DNA from: a virus
Reading direction: 5' to 3' (one strand)
DNA length: 64,000 bases
IMG/VR virus record: IMGVR_UViG_3300045988_154892
In this document: positions 34,248-42,730 of the stretch, piece by piece
How positions within the stretch are numbered: the first letter of the stretch is position 1
Layout: each line of letters begins with the position of its first letter
The notes under the pieces: model-generated
What the model saw: the letters and a program-made list of their open reading frames with translations, nothing else
What the model was told of the DNA's origin: nothing
Databases searched by the model: none
Position numbers and translations under genes: made by a program

Positions 34248-34394
34248 GCACCATGAAGTATGCAACTTTGTTTAGTTGGAAGTAAAAGAATATCGCAACA
34301 CAAAAATCGTATGTTTTGTGTAACTAAATGCAGCGAAAAGGTATTATGAAAGGCTAATTCATTGGAGGTCGTGCATGGCTTCGCTTCATGGTGC
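34248..34394 (+). ncRNA. structured inter-tRNA spacer closed by an 11-bp long-range helix
   Basis: GCACCATGAAG (34248-34258) pairs with CTTCATGGTGC (34384-34394). Internal hairpins include ACACAAAA/TTTTGTGT. Confidence 0.3.
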
Positions 34395-34399
34395 GATCA

Positions 34400-34473
34400 G
34401 GATCATTAGTTCAGTAGGTTAGAACGCCCAGCTCATAACTGGGAAGTCACTGGTTCAAGTCCAGTATGATCCA
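34400..34473 (+). tRNA. tRNA-Met or tRNA-Ile2 (anticodon CAT), elongator type
   Basis: Perfect cloverleaf: GGATCAT/ATGATCC, D arm GTTC-AGTAGGTTA-GAAC, anticodon arm CCCAG-CTCATAA-CTGGG, T arm ACTGG-TTCAAGT-CCAGT. Confidence 0.9.
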
Positions 34474-34563
34474 CTTTACTTTTCTGAAGGAATATAATGG
34501 ATGATTGTATCATTTGACTTGATGAAAAGTTAATTTCATAAGTTTTAAAGAAAGGAAGTAGTT

Positions 34564-34953
34564 ATGAAATTAGTGGATGAAGTTGTTTTGCATGGTGAAG
34601 ATAATCGACCAGAATGCTGCAAAGTCCATGACAAATATTTTTTTACTTGCGATACATGTGAGTATGGAGAATACGATGAAGAGGAAGAAGATTCAGCGGC
34701 AATAGACTTTTACACTGGAATTGCGAACAGAGAATGGTATGACTTTGATAATATATGGAAGAAAAGTCCGTTAATTAAAAAAATCGTTGTTTGTGCAGAG
34801 AATAAGGAAGTAGCAAAAGAAAAACTAATACTTTCTGTTAATAGTATTAATGAAGAAATGAAAATGGCAGGTGAAAGATATGTATTAGACGAAAACTCAA
34901 TCAAAAAAGCATATGGATTCATATCTATTACAAATACATTTTTAGAGGAATGA
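34564..34953 (+). CDS. hypothetical protein
   Basis: ORF-track ORF; SD AAAGGAAG. Confidence 0.6.
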   Translation: MKLVDEVVLHGEDNRPECCKVHDKYFFTCDTCEYGEYDEEEEDSAAIDFYTGIANREWYDFDNIWKKSPLIKKIVVCAENKEVAKEKLILSVNSINEEMKMAGERYVLDENSIKKAYGFISITNTFLEE

Positions 34954-35078
34954 GAAAATAATCTCATGTGGAAGTACAAAAAAACAAAACAAGCCGAATC
35001 CTGTGCTGGTACACAAAATCCGACTTGCCACATTATAAAAAGTTATTGATTAAAAGGAGAAAATAAATAATAAACAGA

Positions 35079-35276
35079 TTATTTTGGTAGCTTTTTCAAG
35101 AACGGGATATCCCGATGTTGTTTGGAAATCATGTTGGTAATACATTCCACTTTCTTATCTGATAATTCAGATGAGTACCTGCAAATCATATCGACTGCAT
35201 GGTTTTTGGAATGATAATACATACCAACGGCGATTAGTCCAACAACTGCACATATAATTGTTGCTAATATGTACAA
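35079..35276 (-). CDS. small membrane protein; only plausible minus-strand gene
   Basis: TTG start 5 nt after GGAGGT on the minus strand. N-terminal TM ILATIICAVVGLIAVGMYY. Confidence 0.5.
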   Translation of the reverse strand: MYILATIICAVVGLIAVGMYYHSKNHAVDMICRYSSELSDKKVECITNMISKQHRDIPFLKKLPK

Positions 35277-35473
35277 TATTTACCTCCAATCTGAGATTTA
35301 TTTTCTCATGTTTTATACGCACTACATAAGTAGTACTTCCGCATGAGTTATTTTATAAACCCAAGGCATAGCCGTGCAGTTGAGTCAGTATGCGGCGAAC
35401 CAGGCTGCTATGACCTGTATGGGTATTATAGCAGAAAACCCAAATATTTCAAGAGTCAAAGGAGAATAAAAGA

Positions 35474-35695
35474 ATGAAGCCAATTGTATTTTACGATTTC
35501 AAACCAGATAAGGATGATCCGAATAATAAGATCGTTATTAAGAAAACCGATCTTGAAGAGCTTTTGAATAAAACATATGAAGCTGGATATCAAGATGGAC
35601 AGAAAGAATTAAGACAGACTCCCGTTTGGACGACAACGAAAAGAGATTTTGATATTGTTCCAACAATTATGACGACAGGTAATGAAAAATGGTAA
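35474..35695 (+). CDS. hypothetical protein
   Basis: GGAGAATAAAAGA then ATG. Confidence 0.6.
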   Translation: MKPIVFYDFKPDKDDPNNKIVIKKTDLEELLNKTYEAGYQDGQKELRQTPVWTTTKRDFDIVPTIMTTGNEKW

Positions 35696-36000
35696 AAATT
35701 ATCGAAATAAATCTTTCAGTCAATGGAGAGAATAATATTAAGGATCATCAAGCAAGATTGGTATTAATTGACGATTGGAAAGATTACTGTCAAGAATATC
35801 AAAATTATAGTGGACGTCGTGTTTATTATAGTATTGCGAGTAGTATGCCTGGTGCAGATATTCCAGCAGATGCAAAAATAACAAATTTGCAGTTCGATGA
35901 ACGTCATTTGTCATGTGACATTACAAATCGAGATCATTTTACTACAAAACGTCTTGTGTATAACATAGATGCAGTACCAGCACATCTATTAAATAATTAA
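35689..36000 (+). CDS. hypothetical protein
   Basis: Overlaps the previous stop. Confidence 0.6.
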   Translation: MVKIIEINLSVNGENNIKDHQARLVLIDDWKDYCQEYQNYSGRRVYYSIASSMPGADIPADAKITNLQFDERHLSCDITNRDHFTTKRLVYNIDAVPAHLLNN

Positions 36001-36224
36001 TCTAGGCTATTCAGCCGATAAATTCCAAATTTTCAAATATTTTCGAAAACAGAATAGATAAATTTTGAGGTGGCTAACAGCATACCTTGGGTTTGTGCGC
36101 CCTGAATCACTGTTTACATAGTTAAACATAGATTTAATTCTGTGTTCCGTCCATGTATTGGGCGTTAAAATAGATTGTTTTATTTAACAATAATATAAAT
36201 TTTAATTTTAGGAGGACAAAAATT

Positions 36225-37418
36225 TTGGCTAAAACTAAAGAACCAAAAGCACTAAAAAAAGGAAAAGCATCTTTCAATTTAATCGGTAGAGTAAAACGTA
36301 CCGATAAATCATTCAACCTCAATAATACATATGATTCTGGTTGGACAGATAACAGCATGTATATCGGCGTTGATTGCGGTAATGGCAATGTAATCTATTC
36401 AGAGATGAGAAGCGGATTTTTCCCTGACAATGAATCTACCATTAGAGCATACAGCAAAGATGATAAAGATGAAAATGGAAAGAGTAAATCTGTAGAGATT
36501 GCATGGGAAGATCGTCTTGATGAATCAATTCTCGATACTGTGGCGGACACATCTCTAATTACTGTTGGAGTTGAAAAAGATGTGCATGGTAAAACCGTTT
36601 ATAAAAAATTTCTACAGGCGTATGACGCGGTAGAATACCTCGATGAATATCTAGAAGATAATGTTGTAGTAAATGTAAAAGGGAATATTGGATACAGCGA
36701 ATATGATGGAAATGTTTCTGTAAAAAAAGATATCACTTCTATCGTTCTTTCTAAAGTAGAAGATGAAAACGATTTTAAAGCAACGTTTTCTCAGACAATT
36801 CTTATTGAGCCAAAATGTATTGGTAAAACACTGGAAGAAAAAGGAACAATTGAGCTAGATGCTTATGTTGTTGACTATGTTGGAAAACCAAAAGTTGACG
36901 GCAAAAAAGTGGAAGTTAAAAAGAATGTTGTATTTCCAAAAACATTCGAAATTGAAGTCAATGAAAATCCGGAAATCACTGCAAAAATGATTAAAAGATT
37001 TTTTGATCCTAAGAAAAAAGGACAAGTTAACGAAATCACTGTAGCAGGAAAACTTGTAGAAGGTGGAACTACAGTAACTATTACCAAGGATGATATTCCA
37101 GATGATATTAAAGAGTTGATCGAAATGGGTATCTATTCTGAGGACGAAGCAGTAAAGAAAATTGCCGTTGGTGGTGGTAATCGTGAAAGAAGAATGATTG
37201 TCGTTAAACCAGATATTGTTTATGTCGGACAAGATGATGATAGAAAGCCATCTGTAGCATTTGAAGAAGGAAAATATGAGGAAGATGATCTTATCTTCTA
37301 TGAACAAGCACTTTTAGCTGCAGGAGATGGTAGTGAAGATACTGACTCTGACGCGGATTCGTCTGAAATGACAGATGAAGACGATGAACTGGTAAAAATG
37401 TTAGCAGATATGGCCTAA
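36225..37418 (+). CDS. putative ssDNA-binding protein (acidic C-terminal tail)
   Basis: TTG after AGGAGG. First gene of the replication block. C-terminus DSDADSSEMTDEDDELVKMLADMA resembles SSB or gp2.5-type acidic tails. The function call is an inference. Confidence 0.45.
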   Translation: MAKTKEPKALKKGKASFNLIGRVKRTDKSFNLNNTYDSGWTDNSMYIGVDCGNGNVIYSEMRSGFFPDNESTIRAYSKDDKDENGKSKSVEIAWEDRLDESILDTVADTSLITVGVEKDVHGKTVYKKFLQAYDAVEYLDEYLEDNVVVNVKGNIGYSEYDGNVSVKKDITSIVLSKVEDENDFKATFSQTILIEPKCIGKTLEEKGTIELDAYVVDYVGKPKVDGKKVEVKKNVVFPKTFEIEVNENPEITAKMIKRFFDPKKKGQVNEITVAGKLVEGGTTVTITKDDIPDDIKELIEMGIYSEDEAVKKIAVGGGNRERRMIVVKPDIVYVGQDDDRKPSVAFEEGKYEEDDLIFYEQALLAAGDGSEDTDSDADSSEMTDEDDELVKMLADMA

Positions 37419-37429
37419 GTAAATAAAAT

Positions 37430-37457
37430 GTCTTGCCAACTATAATGCTGGCAAGAC
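37430..37457 (+). terminator. 9-bp hairpin GTCTTGCCA/TGGCAAGAC, 10-nt loop
   Basis: Immediately after the stop at 37418; no T-run follows. Confidence 0.4.
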
Positions 37458-37491
37458 ACATAAAAATAAATATATATTTGGAGGATATTGA

Positions 37492-38472
37492 ATGTTTAGA
37501 AAAGCAAAAGCAGCAAAAATCGGAGGAAAATTTCTAAGTTATGGAGAATCTGGATCTGGAAAATCAACATTCCAGCTTACATTCCCAAAAGTAGCATGTA
37601 TTGATTCAGAGACAGGTATCGCTCATTATGAGGGTAAAGATATTGAACTGAATAATGGCAAAACATATAATAATCTGGTTATGGTAGATAATACATCAGA
37701 TCTTGATGAGTTAGAGAGCGATCTTGATGATTTTATCAACGGAGAATACGATGGACAGATTGAGACATTATCCATTGACTCCGAAACAAAATTTTATAAC
37801 ACCATGCAGATTGGTGCAACAGAAGTTGAGGAAAGAAGAGCACGAAAAAAAGGTGGCGATGTTGATGATGCCGGTATCAGTGTAAAACAGTGGGGCCGTA
37901 TCAAGATTATCAACATGAAGCTACAGCAGGCTAAAATCGACCTTTCTTCCAAAGGTACTCATGTTGTATCTGTGGCTCAGGAAATTGAACTCAAAGATGA
38001 TGATGGAAAAAAAGTAATTGGATATAAACCAGATATGCATAAATCTGTAAAATTCGATTACGATACAATTCTTAGACATTATACTAAGAAAGAAAAAGAT
38101 GGCAGCGTGTCATTCTGGGCAGAAGTTATTAAAGACAGAACTAACGTGACAAAAGTAGGTCAGCAGATCGAAAACCCATGCTTCGATATTTGGAAAGACT
38201 ATTATGATTCTATGAATGGTCTGGAGACAAATACCACATCTTATAAGAATGATCTTAAAACTTCTACAGAATCTATGATTGATCAGGCAGACAAATCTGA
38301 AGCTCTCGCAGCGGAATTCAAAGATATTCTCAAAACATTCAAAGACAAAGATACACTACTCAAAGTAAATAAGCTCATGAAAGATAAAGGTGTATCTATT
38401 AAAGAGCTAGAAATGCAGACTCCTGAAGTACTTACTGAGCTAATTGACTTTGCAAAACTTCAGTTAGCGTAA
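37492..38472 (+). CDS. AAA/RecA-like ATPase (Sak4-like)
   Basis: Walker A YGESGSGKST near the N-terminus; position in the replication/recombination block. Confidence 0.65.
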   Translation: MFRKAKAAKIGGKFLSYGESGSGKSTFQLTFPKVACIDSETGIAHYEGKDIELNNGKTYNNLVMVDNTSDLDELESDLDDFINGEYDGQIETLSIDSETKFYNTMQIGATEVEERRARKKGGDVDDAGISVKQWGRIKIINMKLQQAKIDLSSKGTHVVSVAQEIELKDDDGKKVIGYKPDMHKSVKFDYDTILRHYTKKEKDGSVSFWAEVIKDRTNVTKVGQQIENPCFDIWKDYYDSMNGLETNTTSYKNDLKTSTESMIDQADKSEALAAEFKDILKTFKDKDTLLKVNKLMKDKGVSIKELEMQTPEVLTELIDFAKLQLA

Positions 38473-38479
38473 TACATAA

Positions 38480-38510
38480 TTTCTCCGGTGGATTATCTCT
38501 GCCGGAGAAA
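38480..38510 (+). terminator. 9-bp hairpin TTTCTCCGG/CCGGAGAAA, 13-nt loop
   Basis: Follows the stop at 38472; followed by ATTTAT. Confidence 0.4.
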
Positions 38511-38527
38511 ATTTATAGGAGATCTAT

Positions 38528-38983
38528 ATGGCAAAGAAAAAAGAAGAAAAAAGTTCCTGGAACGAGTTATGCGATTATGTAAAAAGAGAAATCTTAGAGT
38601 ATGACGAAAATATGAAATTTCCAAAATATCTTGCACTTAAATTGCAAGGCCTTAAAAAAGGTGAACATATTGCAAATAAAAACATTAGGGCATCTGCATC
38701 ATATGATGATTTTACAATTTTGTGTGCGTTTAAATTAAACAAGAATAAGATTGTAAAATATTTACATGATAACGAAACAAAAATCAATGGGGAAGATCAT
38801 AGGATTAATCTTATTATAAAAATGATCGAACCGGAAATTAACGATGTTTATCTGAGACTTCAAAATACTAAAAAAGTACAAGAGCGTGTAGCGGATAAGG
38901 ACTTTGAAAATCAAGTATATGAAGGTGCAATGTATACGCCCAAAACAACAGAAGTATCAGAAAAGATGAAGAGTTTGTTTTAG
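38528..38983 (+). CDS. hypothetical protein
   Basis: AGGAGATCTAT then ATG. Confidence 0.6.
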   Translation: MAKKKEEKSSWNELCDYVKREILEYDENMKFPKYLALKLQGLKKGEHIANKNIRASASYDDFTILCAFKLNKNKIVKYLHDNETKINGEDHRINLIIKMIEPEINDVYLRLQNTKKVQERVADKDFENQVYEGAMYTPKTTEVSEKMKSLF

Positions 38984-38995
38984 GAGAATTAAATA

Positions 38996-40489
38996 TTGGC
39001 AGAAAAGAAAAAACTAACTCCATACCAAGAAGAAAAACTAAAATGCGCCAAACAGGTTAAAGAATATAAAGTTGCTTGTGAAGCAAATATCGTTAGCATT
39101 TTTTATAAGAAACCTGAGTTAATGTATGATTACCAACTAAAATTGGAAGATTTTTCTGAAAATACTTGGAGAGTATATTGGCAAATCGCATACGATATCA
39201 TTGTTAAAGAAAAGAAATCGGTTCTAGATGATATTACAGTTGGGTTATATCTAGAAAAGCATTCAAAATTAAAGCAAAAATATGATGAATATGGTGGATA
39301 TGACACGATTGACAAAGCAACTGAGTATATCAAGACAAGCAATATTTCAGGATATGTAAATGAACTAAAAAAATGGGAAACTGTCATCAGAATGATTGCA
39401 TCAGGGTTTCCTGTAACTGATCGTATCAAAGAATTTGTTGATATGTCATTGGATGAAATATATAAAGAATACGATGCACTTCTCAATCATATCTTTATTA
39501 ACGCTGAAGAAGATGTTATGTCTTATTCTTTATCAGATGGTATTTATGATCTCATTGAACAATTGAATGAAGGTATTGCAGTAGGATTACCATACGATAA
39601 CATGCCAACACTAACAAAAGAGACGGGTGGACAGCTTCCAGGCAATATCACTTTAGTTGGTGGATTATCCAATATGGGTAAAACCACATTGACAAGAACA
39701 ATGCTAATTCCAAGTGCTGTTAAATACGGTGAACGACTTGTTATTTTAGTTAACGAGGAAGGAAAAGCTAAGTGGCAGCGAGAACTTATTGTTTGGGTTG
39801 CAAATAATATTTACAAGACAGATCTGCAAAAATTTGTTGTTAGGGATGGAAAATTCTCTGACGAAGTTAAAGAACTTTTGTATAAGTGTGCAGATTGGAT
39901 TGCCGAAAAATCAGAGAATAATATGTTAACTATTATTCCATTCTCGAGATATGAAACACAGAAAGCGATTAGAGTAATAAAAAAATATGCTAGTCTTGGT
40001 GTAAAGTATTTTATTCTTGATACATATAAAGCTGATGCCGGTAGTCGGTCTGATCGTATGTGGTTAGATATGCAACAGAACATGGTTGATATCTATGACA
40101 CTGTAAAAGCAGAAGGTGGTAAAAACGTGCATATTACCATCACATTTCAGTTGGCAAAATCATCTGCAAGACAAAGATTTTATAGTCAGGATAACATTGG
40201 TATGGCAAAATCAATCATTGATCCAGCAAGTACATGTCTAATGTTGCGCGATGTGTTTGAGGATGAATATACTGGTGAAAGGAATGAATTAAAAGTGTAT
40301 AGGCTTGATGGTAAAAATAATAAATCTAAGATTCCAGTTAAATTGGATCATGATAAACATTATCAACTTATTTTCATTGTAAAAAATAGAGAAGGAGCTG
40401 CTAATAACATCCAAATTGTGTGCGAACATGATATGAGCAGAAATCTATTGAAAGAGGTTGGATTTACATCTGTTCCAGTTGATTTTTAA
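38996..40489 (+). CDS. DnaB-like replicative helicase
   Basis: Walker A GGLSNMGKTT in the C-terminal RecA-like half. TTG after GGAGAATTAAATA. Confidence 0.75.
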   Translation: MAEKKKLTPYQEEKLKCAKQVKEYKVACEANIVSIFYKKPELMYDYQLKLEDFSENTWRVYWQIAYDIIVKEKKSVLDDITVGLYLEKHSKLKQKYDEYGGYDTIDKATEYIKTSNISGYVNELKKWETVIRMIASGFPVTDRIKEFVDMSLDEIYKEYDALLNHIFINAEEDVMSYSLSDGIYDLIEQLNEGIAVGLPYDNMPTLTKETGGQLPGNITLVGGLSNMGKTTLTRTMLIPSAVKYGERLVILVNEEGKAKWQRELIVWVANNIYKTDLQKFVVRDGKFSDEVKELLYKCADWIAEKSENNMLTIIPFSRYETQKAIRVIKKYASLGVKYFILDTYKADAGSRSDRMWLDMQQNMVDIYDTVKAEGGKNVHITITFQLAKSSARQRFYSQDNIGMAKSIIDPASTCLMLRDVFEDEYTGERNELKVYRLDGKNNKSKIPVKLDHDKHYQLIFIVKNREGAANNIQIVCEHDMSRNLLKEVGFTSVPVDF

Positions 40490-40503
40490 TATTAAGTAAG
40501 GCG

Positions 40504-41586
40504 GTGAGTACAATTAATGCGGATAAATTAAAAGAATACATTATTGAAAATAATTGTGTAGAACAAATTTTAGAATCCTTAGATTGTCATTCAATAAAAG
40601 AATATCCAAAAGAATGGCGAGCCGCTTTACCAAATGGAACAAACAAAACAGCGGTATCTGTAAAGAAGGATACATTATCTATTGCAATTCGAAGTTCAGA
40701 TCAAAATGCACATGGAGATATCTTTACGCTTGTTATGACGTTAAAAAATATGTCTTTTGGTCAAGCGAATAAATACATACATAGTATTTTAGGGTTAAAG
40801 TATTCTTTCAAAAGAAATGAGAAAGAGAATGTTACAAAAGGCCCATTAGCTATTTTCAAAAAAGTAAAAAGAACAAAAAGAATAATCAATAAAGACGTTC
40901 CTCTATATGATGATTCATGTTTAAAAGAATATGTAAATTTGCCATATATTGGATGGGTACGAGAAGGTATTATGCCTGATACGTGCAAGCGTTTTAATAT
41001 AGGTTATTCTTATGATAAACGTAGAATTATTATTCCTTGGAGAAAATGGGATGGTGATGAAAATGAGTATTTGGGGATTGTTGGAAGAACTACAGTCCCT
41101 AAATATGAATTATTGGATATCCCAAAATATTTTGGAATCATTCCATTTTCTAAAGGAATTAATATATATGGATTAAATGAAAATTATAAATATATTCAAG
41201 AAGCAGGTTATATTGTAGTATTTGAAGCTGAGAAATCAACATTGAAAAGAGCGTCAAGACTTGACAATACAGGATCTTCATTAGGGAATTGTGAAATTAC
41301 AGATGAACAAGTTAGAATTCTAATCAGTCTAGATGTGGAAATAGTGATTGCTTTAGATGAAGGTATTGATATAAACCATATTCGAAAAGAATGCGAAAAA
41401 TTTTATCCGATCCGGAAAGTAAGTTATATCTATGATAAATGGGATTTAATACCTAAAGGTAGTAAAAATTCGCCAGCAGATATGCCGAATAAAATTTATA
41501 ATTTTTTATTTAAACACAGAACAGTATATGACGAAAAAGAAAGGAAATTATATAAAGATTGGCTAGAAAAACAAAGCAAGAATTAA
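40504..41586 (+). CDS. DNA primase (Toprim domain)
   Basis: Toprim Glu VVFEAEKS and DxD-like IALDEG; lies between helicase and nuclease. Confidence 0.65.
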   Translation: MSTINADKLKEYIIENNCVEQILESLDCHSIKEYPKEWRAALPNGTNKTAVSVKKDTLSIAIRSSDQNAHGDIFTLVMTLKNMSFGQANKYIHSILGLKYSFKRNEKENVTKGPLAIFKKVKRTKRIINKDVPLYDDSCLKEYVNLPYIGWVREGIMPDTCKRFNIGYSYDKRRIIIPWRKWDGDENEYLGIVGRTTVPKYELLDIPKYFGIIPFSKGINIYGLNENYKYIQEAGYIVVFEAEKSTLKRASRLDNTGSSLGNCEITDEQVRILISLDVEIVIALDEGIDINHIRKECEKFYPIRKVSYIYDKWDLIPKGSKNSPADMPNKIYNFLFKHRTVYDEKERKLYKDWLEKQSKN

Positions 41587-42719
41587 ATGAGTTATGCAAG
41601 ACGCTCCATGTGGATACATTATGGTCTTGGTCTAGATATCATTGCTATAAGCAAGATACATATGAATATTTTCTAAAATATGTACTTCATGAGCCAGAAG
41701 ATCGTACCAATAGTATTTACTGTGTTTCTGGCGGAAATGTACATGAAATTATTGAACAGCTATATACCGATCAGATCAAATATGAAGATATGGCAGAACT
41801 ATATGAAGATAGTCTATTCACAATGAATTGTGCAGAGTTAAAGTATAATCGTAGCGATTCTGAGAAGAATGAAGCGATTGCTGATAAATATGAAAATTGT
41901 ATTCGACATTTCTTTAAACATCATAATATGATCACGTCTCCTCATTTCGTAGAAAAATTCATTACAATTAAAATTTCTGACGATATTTACATGCAAGGAT
42001 ATATTGATATGCTTGTTGTTGAAAAATATTTTGATGAGAATAAAAAAGAAAAAGCAAAAGTACGAGTGTTAGATTGGAAAACTTCTACATTATATCGTGG
42101 AGAAAAAATCAATAAAGAATGTGGTCAGCTCGTTTTATATGCAGAGGGTATTCGCCAATTACTCAATATTCCACTTGAAAATATTGAGTGTGAATGGAAT
42201 TTTCTCAAATATGTAACAGTTACAATTGAACAGAAGAATGGAAAGAAAAAAGATCGTTACATTGAGAGAAATTCAATTGGAGAAAGTCTGATCAATACCG
42301 CAAAGATGTGGTTAAAATATTTTGGTTATGAAGAAAATTTGGATGAATATGTTGATAAAATGGTTTTAGATAATGATGTGGAATGTCTGCCAGACGAAGT
42401 TAGAGAGAAGATCCAAATTCATGATTGTTATGTGCAGGTTCCATTGTCAGAAGAAAAGATTACAGATTTAAAAAATGACATCATTTCAACGATTCATGAT
42501 ATCCATAAAAAAGAGGAAGAGTATCGTGACACACATGATGAAAAAACTTTTTGGCAGGAGGTAACTGCTGCAGATGAGTTTAGGTTGGCAACTCTTTCAG
42601 GATATTCCAGGCAAAAACATAAACCATATGATTCGTATTTAAAACAGAAAGAATTGTTTCTAAATAAAGAAAATAATACAGAAGATGATGAACTGATAGA
42701 TTTCATTAATAGCTTATAA
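41559..42719 (+). CDS. PD-(D/E)XK (RecB/Cas4-like) nuclease
   Basis: GYIDMLVVEK, VLDWKTS, QLVLYA motifs. Confidence 0.65.
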   Translation: MARKTKQELNELCKTLHVDTLWSWSRYHCYKQDTYEYFLKYVLHEPEDRTNSIYCVSGGNVHEIIEQLYTDQIKYEDMAELYEDSLFTMNCAELKYNRSDSEKNEAIADKYENCIRHFFKHHNMITSPHFVEKFITIKISDDIYMQGYIDMLVVEKYFDENKKEKAKVRVLDWKTSTLYRGEKINKECGQLVLYAEGIRQLLNIPLENIECEWNFLKYVTVTIEQKNGKKKDRYIERNSIGESLINTAKMWLKYFGYEENLDEYVDKMVLDNDVECLPDEVREKIQIHDCYVQVPLSEEKITDLKNDIISTIHDIHKKEEEYRDTHDEKTFWQEVTAADEFRLATLSGYSRQKHKPYDSYLKQKELFLNKENNTEDDELIDFINSL

Positions 42720-42730
42720 GAGGTGGCTTA

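Noticed and set aside
34248-34394. Third tRNA or group I intron between tRNA-Leu and tRNA-Met; 15-aa ORF MASLHGAIRIISSVG after GGAGG at 34365
   Set aside because: There is no T-loop GTTCRA or cloverleaf, and it is too short for an intron. The mini-ORF runs into the tRNA-Met gene and is most likely fortuitous.
36855-37307. 150-aa minus-strand ORF inside the SSB-like gene; similar antisense ORFs at 39130-39486, 45316-45687, 51176-51538 and 63003-63428
   Set aside because: Same reasoning as above. Every other signal (overlaps, SDs, co-orientation) supports the + strand genes.
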